Part shown: piece by piece, positions 37,713 through 47,093 of the stretch
Position numbering within the stretch: position 1 is the stretch's first letter
How the letters are laid out: each line of letters starts with the position of its first letter
Notes under the pieces: generated by a model
What the model was told of the DNA's origin: nothing
The model's input: the letters and a program-made list of their open reading frames with translations, nothing else
Database searches by the model: none
Source of the DNA: a virus
Taxonomy: Duplodnaviria; Caudoviricetes
IMG/VR virus record: IMGVR_UViG_3300032227_001215
Coordinates: 1-59,738 of that record
DNA length: 59,738 nucleotides
Reading direction: 5' to 3' (one strand)
Position numbers and translations under genes: made by a program

Positions 37713-38447
37713 ATGATAGACCTACTCAAAGACATCGTTGCACATACACAAAAACTTGGAGTTCTTAACATTGTTAAGATTACCGGAACCGACCAGCAAA
37801 CACTAATCGATTCCATGGCCGAAGACCGTACAGTAATCATGTATGCAGAAACTGCAACACCACATCCAGAAATGATTGGCACATTTGGCATGCCACAGTT
37901 AGAGAAACTTCGTTATCTTGTAGATGGCAAGGAATATCAACAGGATGCTACTATTGATGTTGTTTACGATACTCGTAATAACGACAAAGTTCCAGTAGGT
38001 CTTCATTTTGAAAATGCAGATGGCGATTTTAAAAACGATTACCGTTTTATGAATCAAGACATCATCAACGAAAAACTTAAAACCGTTAAATTCCGTGGTG
38101 TTAAATGGGATATTGAAGTAGATCCCACTGTCAGTGCCATTCAACGATTCCAATTCCAAGCAGGTGCTAATACAGAACATGTTACTTTCTTGGCAAAAAC
38201 CGACGGAGACAAATTGAAATTTATATTTGGTGATGTTAGTACACACGGCGGTGAATTTATATTTGCCACTGGTATTACTGGTAAGATTACCAAATCGTGG
38301 ACCTGGCCTGTGGCACCTGTACTCGGTATTCTTAAAATTGCCGATGCCAACAATGCCAAGATCAGTTTCAGCAATGAAGGTGCTATGCAGATTACACTGG
38401 ACAGCGGCCTGGTTACTTACAAATACATTATTCCAGCGCAAGCATGA
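37713..38447 (+). CDS. Putative sliding clamp (gp45/PCNA-like)
   Basis: 244 aa, immediately after the polymerase, two-fold alpha/beta pattern ending YKYIIPA; clamp loader present in the window. Confidence 0.6.
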   Translation: MIDLLKDIVAHTQKLGVLNIVKITGTDQQTLIDSMAEDRTVIMYAETATPHPEMIGTFGMPQLEKLRYLVDGKEYQQDATIDVVYDTRNNDKVPVGLHFENADGDFKNDYRFMNQDIINEKLKTVKFRGVKWDIEVDPTVSAIQRFQFQAGANTEHVTFLAKTDGDKLKFIFGDVSTHGGEFIFATGITGKITKSWTWPVAPVLGILKIADANNAKISFSNEGAMQITLDSGLVTYKYIIPAQA

Positions 38448-40000
38448 AACCACCAATTGACCTAACTCCGTTACAACGAGATTATTCTGTATTTCTTCCG
38501 GCCATCAGTTCGTTCTACAGCACCTATGTAGCCAAGCAACGACTCAGCGAGTATATACCCAAAGATCGTATGCCTGCAGGGTTTGATCGCGGAGTCGAAG
38601 GCATGAACTTTCTTAACCTCGAGCAAGGATATTTTACCTACAAATATGCCCTATACTCTGCAGGTCATGCTCAATTGGACCTTAAAAAAGCCTTTACTGA
38701 TGATTCAATGCTGCAACAACGAGATCGTGCCAACACCATGCTGCTCGGAGACTCGGGAGGATACCAAATCGGTAAGGGTATTCTTAAATTTGACTGGAAA
38801 GACTTCGAAGGCAAGTCAGCAAATAAAACACGCGGAGAAATTGTCAATTGGTTAGAAGCAACAGCAGACTGGTCAATGACATTGGATGTTCCTATTTGGG
38901 CTTGTGATAAAAATAACAGAGTAAGAACCGGATTGACCAGTCCAGATGATTGCTTGTTAAAGACTCGATTCAACAATGAATTTTTCATAAAGAATCGACA
39001 AGGTCGTACAAAATATCTAAATGTTCTACAGGGCAGTGATTGGCTCAGTGCAGAAACATGGTATGAGGGTGTTAAGGAATATAGCGACAATAACATCTAT
39101 GGCGATCAGGCATTCGAAGGCTGGGCATTTGGTGGTGTTAACATGAGCAAGATGGACATGACACTGAAACGCCTAATGATCCTGCGCGAAGAAGGTCTGC
39201 TTGCTAACAAAGACTGGATACACTTTCTCGGAACTGCTCAATTAGACTGGGCTTGCTATTTAACTTCAATTCAACGACGAATCAGAGAACATATCAATGA
39301 AAACCTTACCATATCTTTTGACTGCGCCTCACCGTTTGTTGCAACTGCACACGGACTTACCTACACCAATGCGGCACATACGTCCAAAAAGTTCAGTGTT
39401 GTTATGGACAAAGCACCAGATAACAAAGCACTTGCAGAATCCACAATCCCATTCCCATTCGAATCGGAATTCGGCCGCAGGCTAGTCATGGGTGATATTT
39501 GCCACTATGCTCCAGGAATGCTAAACAAAGTGGGAAAAGAAGGTGCTACCAGTTGGGATAGTTTTGCCTACGCACTAATGATGGGGCATAATGTCTATTG
39601 CCATATTGTTGCTGTTCAACGAGCCAATCAATTGGCCGATATTGAATGCACCAAATACAAACCAGATTGGCGCGAATGGAACAAACTCAATGCTAAAAAT
39701 CTCAATAGCAATCAATTTAGCGAGTGGGTTCCGAGAAGCATTCTGTATTTTGATCGTTTTGTTGAAGAACTCTTTGCAACCAAGACACTTGCAGAGGCCA
39801 TGGAAATGCTCGAACAACCTAATGCTAAATCATTTTTAACCAGCATTGCCGGAGCAAGAAACACCACTAATGGTCAGAGCGACAACATGTTTGGTAATCT
39901 TTTTTCAGTTGAAGAAGTTACGCGAGCAGACGAAATTTGGTTGGAAAATCCCGAAGATGAAAAACTTCGAGCATTAGAAGATGATCTTAAATCTGAATAA
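38444..40000 (+). CDS. tRNA-guanine transglycosylase-like protein, probable DpdA-type DNA 7-deazaguanine transglycosylase
   Basis: TGT-fold motifs GDSGGYQ, MTLDVP, NVLQG, GWAFGG, IHFLG, SFDCAS; no CxCxxC zinc site of tRNA TGTs. Confidence 0.75.
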   Translation: MKPPIDLTPLQRDYSVFLPAISSFYSTYVAKQRLSEYIPKDRMPAGFDRGVEGMNFLNLEQGYFTYKYALYSAGHAQLDLKKAFTDDSMLQQRDRANTMLLGDSGGYQIGKGILKFDWKDFEGKSANKTRGEIVNWLEATADWSMTLDVPIWACDKNNRVRTGLTSPDDCLLKTRFNNEFFIKNRQGRTKYLNVLQGSDWLSAETWYEGVKEYSDNNIYGDQAFEGWAFGGVNMSKMDMTLKRLMILREEGLLANKDWIHFLGTAQLDWACYLTSIQRRIREHINENLTISFDCASPFVATAHGLTYTNAAHTSKKFSVVMDKAPDNKALAESTIPFPFESEFGRRLVMGDICHYAPGMLNKVGKEGATSWDSFAYALMMGHNVYCHIVAVQRANQLADIECTKYKPDWREWNKLNAKNLNSNQFSEWVPRSILYFDRFVEELFATKTLAEAMEMLEQPNAKSFLTSIAGARNTTNGQSDNMFGNLFSVEEVTRADEIWLENPEDEKLRALEDDLKSE

Positions 40001-40017
40001 ATCTATCGGTTCAATTA

Positions 40018-40662
40018 CTATAGACACTTTGAATTGTTAATAAACTCTTTATACTGTTCAACAACAGCCTGGGCATTTGGACCCAGTAATCCGTTAGACA
40101 GTATACTATATGGTAAAGAGTCCCGCCAATGATACATGATGTTTGAACAATGATCCTGCCATGTCTGTGCTGGAAAATTATTCTCTAAAAATCCTAATTT
40201 AGTGGCTAAAACTATTCCCAAATTATCTTGATCAAATAGCCAACGATGGTGTATGTATCCTAAATGAGATTTGTTTTCTACATGCGATAACTCGGTACGT
40301 ATACTAGGAGTAGTAATAAAACCTTCTGTAGCTATCTTGGGCATAAACTCCAAGGCGGGTATAGGATTATAAAGATCCTCTAAGGTGTGTGTACATATGC
40401 ATAAATCAAATGGTCCATGATATTCTACATAATTAAACAATTTAACCCAATTTGGTGCACGTGATAGATCAAAACTGAGACTGTGTTTACTATCTGATTC
40501 GGCAAGATCTACTATTACATCGGCTATTCCCTGAGTCCACCCAAACTTGCTACCACCAATATCAACTACCGAATAATAAGGATTAGATTTACGACATTCC
40601 GATACATAGTTGCCAATCAACTGTCTAGAATCAACTAGAGATATGTAAGATATGTCGATCAT
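40018..40662 (-). CDS. Class I SAM-dependent methyltransferase-like protein
   Basis: VVDIGGS motif I, FDLCICTHTLEDLYNP, GFITTP. Confidence 0.7.
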   Translation of the reverse strand: MIDISYISLVDSRQLIGNYVSECRKSNPYYSVVDIGGSKFGWTQGIADVIVDLAESDSKHSLSFDLSRAPNWVKLFNYVEYHGPFDLCICTHTLEDLYNPIPALEFMPKIATEGFITTPSIRTELSHVENKSHLGYIHHRWLFDQDNLGIVLATKLGFLENNFPAQTWQDHCSNIMYHWRDSLPYSILSNGLLGPNAQAVVEQYKEFINNSKCL

Positions 40663-40739
40663 TATTTTGTTAGCCTGTAATATAAAGTATTTACTGAAGC
40701 AAATAAACTATGAAACTTTTTTTTTGAGTAAATCCTTGG

Positions 40740-40768
40740 TTGATTAATTTCACCAACCCAACTATAAT
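40740..40768 (+). promoter_or_regulatory. Sigma70-type promoter TTGATT-17-TATAAT
   Basis: -10 box ends 6 nt before the 40775 ATG, implying a leaderless or near-leaderless mRNA. Confidence 0.65.
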
Positions 40769-40774
40769 AGATAC

Positions 40775-41293
40775 ATGAAAAGAACATACACAACTGAATT
40801 CGTAGAAGATGTCGACTTTTTTACCGGAGTGGAAGTAGAACATACTCCTGCATACGGTAAGGCTACACTATTTGTTGTAGGACTACAAAGGTTCCAGGAT
40901 ATTCAAACTCACTTGTTAGGGTGCGAACATATTTTCTTTGGCGCTAATCACAGTTTCGACCCGCCGGCAGACAATCCAGAATATTGGAAAGCCTGGGAGG
41001 AAATGATTAGCAGTTTCCTTGACAGAGATTATCTCTGTAGTTTAGATATTCCGATCAGTGCAGTTGAAGAATTTAATGATAGTGGGTTATGTGAATACAA
41101 CAATTTTATTCCACAAATTCGTATTTCAATTCCGTATGTAAAATTATGGAATTACAACACAATGATTAAAATCGACGATCGAGATTTTAACTCAACCAAT
41201 CCCGGAGTGTGGTGTCACAGCCTACACACTCTCATGGACCGTAGTAAATTCACAGGCTGGGAACTATATAACAAGGACGAAATTCTAAAATGA
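40775..41293 (+). CDS. Hypothetical protein in the deazaguanine cluster
   Basis: 172-aa ORF with GVEVEHTP...HIFFGANHSF...GVWCH. Confidence 0.8.
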   Translation: MKRTYTTEFVEDVDFFTGVEVEHTPAYGKATLFVVGLQRFQDIQTHLLGCEHIFFGANHSFDPPADNPEYWKAWEEMISSFLDRDYLCSLDIPISAVEEFNDSGLCEYNNFIPQIRISIPYVKLWNYNTMIKIDDRDFNSTNPGVWCHSLHTLMDRSKFTGWELYNKDEILK

Positions 41294-41478
41294 TCACTAG
41301 TAAAATTACCAAGGGCGTTCCTGAAGTTGGCACAGACGAGCGTATGCTTAAACTGCTGGAAAGTATTGACTGGAAACTGTGGGAAATGTATAATATGATG
41401 AAAGACAATCTCCCAGAAAAACCCAAGACCGCCAAGGCGCCTAAACCTGCAACTAAAAAAGAATCGACACCAGAATGA
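41290..41478 (+). CDS. Small hypothetical protein
   Basis: ATGA-coupled on both sides. Confidence 0.7.
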   Translation: MITSKITKGVPEVGTDERMLKLLESIDWKLWEMYNMMKDNLPEKPKTAKAPKPATKKESTPE

Positions 41479-41858
41479 ACAATGTGCTGAAGCAAGATTG
41501 GAGACCAAGTCAGATGTCCTATATTCGAGTTCGTACAGAATTTGAGGGCTTTCACTGCTATCCCAATGCTGGATCTATTGATCCTCGTATTCAATTTTTA
41601 GAAAATGAACATAGGCATATGTTCAAAGTAGAAGTTAAAATATCTGTTGACCATCTTGACCGAGAATTGGAATTTTTCTTAGTTAAATGGGCACTAAATG
41701 ATTTTATCAAATCTGGGAGCCAAGATCATCGCTCCTGCGAAATGATAGCACAGGACATTCTTGTAAATCACCTGATTCCCAAATACGGACAAAGGTATTA
41801 TGAGATTGTGGTCTCCGAGGACGGAGAATCAGATGGAATTATTGAGTATAAACCTTAA
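41475..41858 (+). CDS. QueD/6-pyruvoyl-tetrahydropterin synthase-like T-fold protein
   Basis: FEGFH...HRH zinc ligands, SCEMIA and VSEDGE correspond to the PTPS H...HGH, TxE and VxE motifs. Confidence 0.7.
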   Translation: MNNVLKQDWRPSQMSYIRVRTEFEGFHCYPNAGSIDPRIQFLENEHRHMFKVEVKISVDHLDRELEFFLVKWALNDFIKSGSQDHRSCEMIAQDILVNHLIPKYGQRYYEIVVSEDGESDGIIEYKP

Positions 41859-41890
41859 TAATATTTTTAAACTTTCTTTTTATTTTTATC

Positions 41891-42121
41891 ATGGCACATC
41901 CCGCTTATATCACTAAATCTTTTCGTATGAAACCCGAAGTCAACAAGATCTTTGATGATCTCGAAGAATGGCTCGACGTTTGTCGCTTTAATCTCATGCG
42001 CTACGATGAAAAAGACCTTTATCGCAGTCCGGATTACAAGGAATTTAAACGTCGTAGTCGCTACGAAAACAATCGCCGAGGCGGTAATAACAATAATCGT
42101 CAACAGGCCGATCGCGCATGA
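41891..42121 (+). CDS. Small hypothetical protein
   Basis: ATGA-coupled to the glycosyltransferase. Confidence 0.7.
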   Translation: MAHPAYITKSFRMKPEVNKIFDDLEEWLDVCRFNLMRYDEKDLYRSPDYKEFKRRSRYENNRRGGNNNNRQQADRA

Positions 42122-43317
42122 GAAAACTTTGGTACATGGGGCTAGAACCATACAAAGCTCGTTATACTCTACAACTCCAAGACTGGAACGAAGCAGTATT
42201 CGAATGTCGTAATATTGACTACGAGTTTGTACAAGGAGAAACACTGGATACCGATCAGGCCATTGTGACCGGACAAGTGCTGGATGCTCATGGCCGTACC
42301 TACTACTCCATGACACAATTGGCCAAATTGGTCAAACTCATGAAGCAAGGTCAGGTAACCAATGAGGATGTGATTTATTTCGAAGACATGTTTACCCCCG
42401 GTATTGAAAGTCTTCCTTATATTCTCAACCAAATTGATGCAGAACATCGTCCTCGTATCTTTGTCCGCTGTCTTGCACAAAGCATCGACCCAGATGATTT
42501 TGTTCATGTCTGGGGAATGAGTCAATGGATGGGTCAATATGAAAAAATGGTTGACTCATTTGTAGACGGTGTGTTGGCCAGTAATGAAGAAATGGTCATG
42601 CACATGAAGATCGCCGGCTGGACTGCTCCAATCTATAACATCTCCGGTTTGGCTTTTGGGAAACAGGAAGTAATGAGTCGTGTTGATGATGTAAAACCAT
42701 TTGAGAATCGTGCCCATCGTGTGGCATTTTCTGCAAGGTGGGACCAGGAGAAACAACCAGACTTCTACATGGACTTGATTGAAGAATGGTTCCGTCGTTA
42801 TCCAAACGACATTGCTCGAGTTCAAAATCGCCAACCTGTAGAATTTTGTATTCTTTCCGGAAGCCGATTACGTTCAAATAGTGACCGGTATGTACAACGT
42901 GCTCGTGAGTTAGAAGCCCGAGGTCAGTTGACAATCTACGAGGATCTGGAAAAGGACGAATACTATGGTATTCTAAATGACACTCGTGTGCTGTTTAATT
43001 GTGCTCTACAAGATTGGACTAGCAATACTGTTAGTGAAGCCGATTCACTTGGGTGTAATGTGCTGTTTCCAGCATATCGCAGTTTCCCAGAAACTTTTGC
43101 CAATGATCACGAGCGCCTTTATGTTCCTTGGAGTATTGAGGATGCTATTCATAAATTGGAAAATCTTCTTAAACAGGAACATCCAAATTTAGGTAAGATC
43201 AGTGATTGGACCAATGACTGTATTGATCGAATTGTAGACATTCTGCAAGGCCATGGAGAAGAGTGGCGTCGAGACAGTGTAGATTATAGACAACACTCAC
43301 GTCAAGCCAAATATTGA
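42118..43317 (+). CDS. GT-B fold glycosyltransferase
   Basis: FSARWDQEKQPD, YYGILNDTRVLFNCALQDWTSNTVSEADSLGCNVLFP (D/E-x7-E-like sugar-nucleotide motif), SFPE. Confidence 0.8.
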   Translation: MRKLWYMGLEPYKARYTLQLQDWNEAVFECRNIDYEFVQGETLDTDQAIVTGQVLDAHGRTYYSMTQLAKLVKLMKQGQVTNEDVIYFEDMFTPGIESLPYILNQIDAEHRPRIFVRCLAQSIDPDDFVHVWGMSQWMGQYEKMVDSFVDGVLASNEEMVMHMKIAGWTAPIYNISGLAFGKQEVMSRVDDVKPFENRAHRVAFSARWDQEKQPDFYMDLIEEWFRRYPNDIARVQNRQPVEFCILSGSRLRSNSDRYVQRARELEARGQLTIYEDLEKDEYYGILNDTRVLFNCALQDWTSNTVSEADSLGCNVLFPAYRSFPETFANDHERLYVPWSIEDAIHKLENLLKQEHPNLGKISDWTNDCIDRIVDILQGHGEEWRRDSVDYRQHSRQAKY

Positions 43318-43318
43318 T

Positions 43319-43347
43319 TTGACTTATCAGTACATTAATGTTAGAAT
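43319..43347 (+). promoter_or_regulatory. Sigma70-type promoter TTGACT-17-TAGAAT with extended -10 TG
   Basis: Directly upstream of the secreted subtilase gene. Confidence 0.7.
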
Positions 43348-43396
43348 AGAACTTGATTAACTCACCTTAATAATCTTACATTGTAAGGAAACACAA

Positions 43397-45418
43397 ATGA
43401 AACTCAAAAAACTTGCCGCCAGTATTGCTTTTCTAATTTCAACCGGAGCCGTGGCACAAACTGCGGTTTGGGAAACCAGCGAATATTACAAAAGCCGAAC
43501 ATTAGATAGTGTTAAAGCCAGTTCTGCTTGGAGCCGCGGATATACCGGGAAAGGTAGTGTAATTGCTATACTTGATTCCGGCATTGATACCAAGAATACC
43601 GAATTTGCCAATCGTATTAAACTGATCCAAGATTTTAGTAATAGCGGCAGCATTATTGATAGACTCGGACATGGAACCCATGTAGCAGGGATTGCCGGTG
43701 CGGCCTTTAATGGTGTTGGAGTTGCAGGTGTAGCATTTGATTCTACTCTGCTTATTGGCAAAGTTACCAACAACGGCATGGCCACCACAACCACACTCGG
43801 TAATGGTATCCAGTGGGCCAATAACAACAATGCCGATGTTGCCAATTTGAGTTTCAGTAACACATTGTCTGCAACTGCAATTGGAGCAAAACTTATTGCA
43901 CCCGGTGTTTACTCCACCGTCCATACCAATACCGGGAACTTGCCGGGCATGTCAAACCCCCAACAATGGGCAGACGCCATGAAAGGCAATATGGTGCTGG
44001 TCCTGGCTGCAGGCAATGATGGCACACCATGGTCAGGAGGATTGTCCCAAATTGCTACCGCTACAGATAAAAATGGCAACCTGTTGCTTGGCGGTCGAGT
44101 AATCATTGCCGGTAACTGGAACGAGCAAAGCAATGCAGGATTAGGAACCGGTAGTAATGCTGCTGCTACTCTTTGCCAGGCTGTGGTTGCCAATGTGTGC
44201 CAAGACAAATATAAAATGAGCCAATTTTATTTGCTGGCCCCAGGCGTCGGCATTAGCTCAACCGTTCCAACTAGTCTAAATAGAACTGGGTTGAGTAACA
44301 TGTCCGGAACATCCATGGCTGCTCCGGCTATCAGTGGTGGTGTAGCCATTATCCGCCAAATGTGGCCGCAGATGACCGGTGCTAACATTGCTCAGTTACT
44401 ATTTGTTACAGCCAACAAAAATCTTCCAGGGTACAAACCAGAATTGTACGGTCAAGGACTAATGGATCTTGATAAGGCCACTCGCCCAGTTGGATCATTA
44501 GGCATTCCTACTACAGGAAGGTTAAGCGGGCCGACAACCACTGCTATTCAGCCTGTGTTGGTCACTGGCGGAAGTGCCGGAACCGGCAAAATTAGTGGTG
44601 TTATGGTGGTAGATAGTTTCCAACGTGACTTTTACCTTCCGGGTAAAACACTAACTGCCTACAATAATCAAAGTTATTTTAATGTAGCACAGACGTCAAT
44701 GCCATACGAAACTCGTAATAATTATAGCCAGTTTAACAATTACACTGATTATGTTCATAACGAAACTGGCGATTTTGAAGTTAAACTGTATCGTAACAAC
44801 ACGTTCAACATGGTCGGAAATAATCCAGGCATGATCGAAATGGGGTATCAGTTGCGCAATGACTATGCCAATATTAAATTCACTTCAGGAATGTTTGTAG
44901 AAAACAACACTTGGCTTGGCAATGCTCTAAACAGTTTCGGCGGTGGGGGCAATAATAAAATGAGCTCCACATACTTTACAGGTGTAGGCGTTGATCGCGA
45001 TGTTGGTAAGAACAATTTCTACGCCAATGTTACACACGGGGTTACACTGGCATCCAGCACCAGCGATAATATCAGCAACTTAGGTTCCGTGATGAGCTAT
45101 ACCTGGACACTGGGTGCTGAGCACAAATTGGATACCAAGAACGCCCTGGGCTTAATGGTATATCAACCTGTGTCGGTATATCGTGCTATGGCAGATGTTA
45201 CCGCCCCGGTGGGATTAGACAGCAACTTCAATGTGATTCAGAATAGCCGTCAAAACCTTGCTGCCACAGTTCATGAAACACGAGTAGGACTTTACTACAA
45301 GTTCAAAGATGAAGATCGTTCAAATGTCCTGGCTTTTGTAGAAAATCGTCAAAACTATCGTGGACAGACAGGTGTTAGTGATAATGTTGCCGGGATTTCC
45401 TTTAATCAACGGTTCTAA
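43397..45418 (+). CDS. Secreted S8 subtilase with a C-terminal beta-barrel-like (autotransporter-like) domain
   Basis: Signal peptide MKLKKLAASIAFLISTGAVA; ILDSG, GHGTHVAG, AAGN, GTSMAAP, YGQGLMD; amphipathic beta C-terminus ending ISFNQRF. Confidence 0.85.
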   Translation: MKLKKLAASIAFLISTGAVAQTAVWETSEYYKSRTLDSVKASSAWSRGYTGKGSVIAILDSGIDTKNTEFANRIKLIQDFSNSGSIIDRLGHGTHVAGIAGAAFNGVGVAGVAFDSTLLIGKVTNNGMATTTTLGNGIQWANNNNADVANLSFSNTLSATAIGAKLIAPGVYSTVHTNTGNLPGMSNPQQWADAMKGNMVLVLAAGNDGTPWSGGLSQIATATDKNGNLLLGGRVIIAGNWNEQSNAGLGTGSNAAATLCQAVVANVCQDKYKMSQFYLLAPGVGISSTVPTSLNRTGLSNMSGTSMAAPAISGGVAIIRQMWPQMTGANIAQLLFVTANKNLPGYKPELYGQGLMDLDKATRPVGSLGIPTTGRLSGPTTTAIQPVLVTGGSAGTGKISGVMVVDSFQRDFYLPGKTLTAYNNQSYFNVAQTSMPYETRNNYSQFNNYTDYVHNETGDFEVKLYRNNTFNMVGNNPGMIEMGYQLRNDYANIKFTSGMFVENNTWLGNALNSFGGGGNNKMSSTYFTGVGVDRDVGKNNFYANVTHGVTLASSTSDNISNLGSVMSYTWTLGAEHKLDTKNALGLMVYQPVSVYRAMADVTAPVGLDSNFNVIQNSRQNLAATVHETRVGLYYKFKDEDRSNVLAFVENRQNYRGQTGVSDNVAGISFNQRF

Positions 45419-45419
45419 A

Positions 45420-45890
45420 ATGAAAATTGGCAAATGGATGCTGGATCTGCTAGAAAAGGCAGGTCGTAAACGAATTATTATGGATCGAGTAAATCATGAA
45501 CCTTACCTTGAAAGATATTATGTTTTCCTTAAAGACAGATCATGGTTTCCATTTAACATATTCATTCATAAATTTCTTAAATCAGATCCCGATGATGTAC
45601 ATGATCATCCATGGCCTTACGCCACGCTGATCCTCAAAGGTGGCTACAACGAATGGGTTCCAGTTTTTGACAAGGACGGCAAAAAAATTGACGAAGTTTG
45701 TCACTGGCGTGGTCCTGGCCATTTTAGGGTTAGTAGTGCTAATAGTTATCACCGTATTGAAATGGTTGAAGGGATAACTCCTTGGACTATGTTTATGCCC
45801 GGCCCACAAAAGAGAGAATGGGGATTTTTGGTCAATAATCGCTGGATACACAACGAACAGTATTTGTCAGAAAGAGCCACTGCTCACTGA
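45420..45890 (+). CDS. Cupin-fold metal-binding protein
   Basis: VHDHPW...ILKGGYNE...YHRIE motifs. Confidence 0.65.
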   Translation: MKIGKWMLDLLEKAGRKRIIMDRVNHEPYLERYYVFLKDRSWFPFNIFIHKFLKSDPDDVHDHPWPYATLILKGGYNEWVPVFDKDGKKIDEVCHWRGPGHFRVSSANSYHRIEMVEGITPWTMFMPGPQKREWGFLVNNRWIHNEQYLSERATAH

Positions 45891-46744
45891 AATTTAGTAA
45901 TTTGTTGATCTGTCTGTGATACACAGGCCTGCATAACACATGTTTGGGGCTCCGTTGGTGGAGCCCACTGTTCTGACCAAATATTTCCTAGAGGTTGATT
46001 ATTACAATCACTTCCTGCTACCCAGCCATTGTGATTTATTCTTAAACGCTCTATTCCCACATTACACCTCATTCCGGTATAAACTGGATTGATATTGTAT
46101 TTTTCATCATGCCGCTCTTGCCAAGTAGTTGATTCAAAATGTATTTTTTGCTCTACAGCAGTTCTACCTTGAATTATATCCAACTGATGTTCAGTGTAGG
46201 GAAACATAGCATCATCCCCTCTGGCATTCGCATATAAAACTGATTTGCTAACTACAAACTTATGTTCTCTTTCAATTGTCAATGCTCTTTCAAGATCTTC
46301 ATCAAAATGATCCGGACGGATAGGAACAATGACATCAATAGGTTTTGATTTTGATTGGAATGTTTCTATAATGTATTTGATTAAAGCAGGATTTTGCCAA
46401 TAATGATAACTCAATTTCAACTGATCAACTAAGGGTTCAACTGCCCACCAATCCATCCATAGTTGTCCACCATTGGTACGAAGATCCACAGTTCCGCCAG
46501 CTTCTTTACACAGTTTCAAAATTCTCACGGTACCGTCCATGTCCAACGGTTCACCACCGTCGAATGTCCAATCTATGGTTCTTCCTAATGTGGTATAATG
46601 ATCTATCAGTACTTTGACTATACGAACGTAGTCTACTGTATCAGGCGGAAGGCCGCCGCCTCTCAATGATGCAGGGCAATAGCTGCATTCTGACTTACAG
46701 TAATCATTGAGATACCAAGTGATTTGAGTTTTTAATTGAGACAT
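45884..46744 (-). CDS. Radical SAM protein with a C-terminal SPASM/twitch-like Cys cluster
   Basis: CKSECSYC, GGEP, TNG; C-terminal CNVG...SDC...LGNI...CVMQAC. Confidence 0.85.
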   Translation of the reverse strand: MSQLKTQITWYLNDYCKSECSYCPASLRGGGLPPDTVDYVRIVKVLIDHYTTLGRTIDWTFDGGEPLDMDGTVRILKLCKEAGGTVDLRTNGGQLWMDWWAVEPLVDQLKLSYHYWQNPALIKYIIETFQSKSKPIDVIVPIRPDHFDEDLERALTIEREHKFVVSKSVLYANARGDDAMFPYTEHQLDIIQGRTAVEQKIHFESTTWQERHDEKYNINPVYTGMRCNVGIERLRINHNGWVAGSDCNNQPLGNIWSEQWAPPTEPQTCVMQACVSQTDQQITKFQ

Positions 46745-46748
46745 ACTA

Positions 46749-46777
46749 TTGACACAACCTAAATAATAACGTATACT
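46749..46777 (+). promoter_or_regulatory. Sigma70-type promoter TTGACA-17-TATACT with nested CTAAATA, overlapping an opposite-strand GTAAATA
   Basis: All three motifs lie in the short divergent gap 46745-46796. Confidence 0.7.
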
Positions 46778-46796
46778 ATTTACTCACAGATAACAA

Positions 46797-47093
46797 ATGA
46801 TATCATTTATGAACAAAATTGATGAAATCTTGCTAATTACGCAGGAAGAGTGTGCCGAGGTTACTCAGGCAATCAGTAAGTGTTTTAGGTTTGGTTTGGA
46901 CAATATTAAACCAGGCAAACCTAAAACCAATAAAGAACACCTAGAAGAAGAACTGGGCGATCTAGTAGCAATGATTACTCTGTTGGAAATGCACGGTGTA
47001 ATTAGTCAACACAACATTGAAAAGGCCAAACTGGCCAAATTTGAAAAACTTAAACAATGGTCAAATATCTATGAGCAAGCTGAAGATCAGTGA
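46797..47093 (+). CDS. MazG-like all-alpha NTP pyrophosphohydrolase (start may be 46809)
   Basis: QEECAEVTQAISK...LEEELGDL. Confidence 0.8.
   Translation: MISFMNKIDEILLITQEECAEVTQAISKCFRFGLDNIKPGKPKTNKEHLEEELGDLVAMITLLEMHGVISQHNIEKAKLAKFEKLKQWSNIYEQAEDQ

Noticed and set aside
40717-40725. T9 homopolymer in the divergent gap, and the T-rich tract at 41864-41889
   Set aside because: No stem or coding context to support phase variation or termination; compatible with AT-rich intergenic DNA
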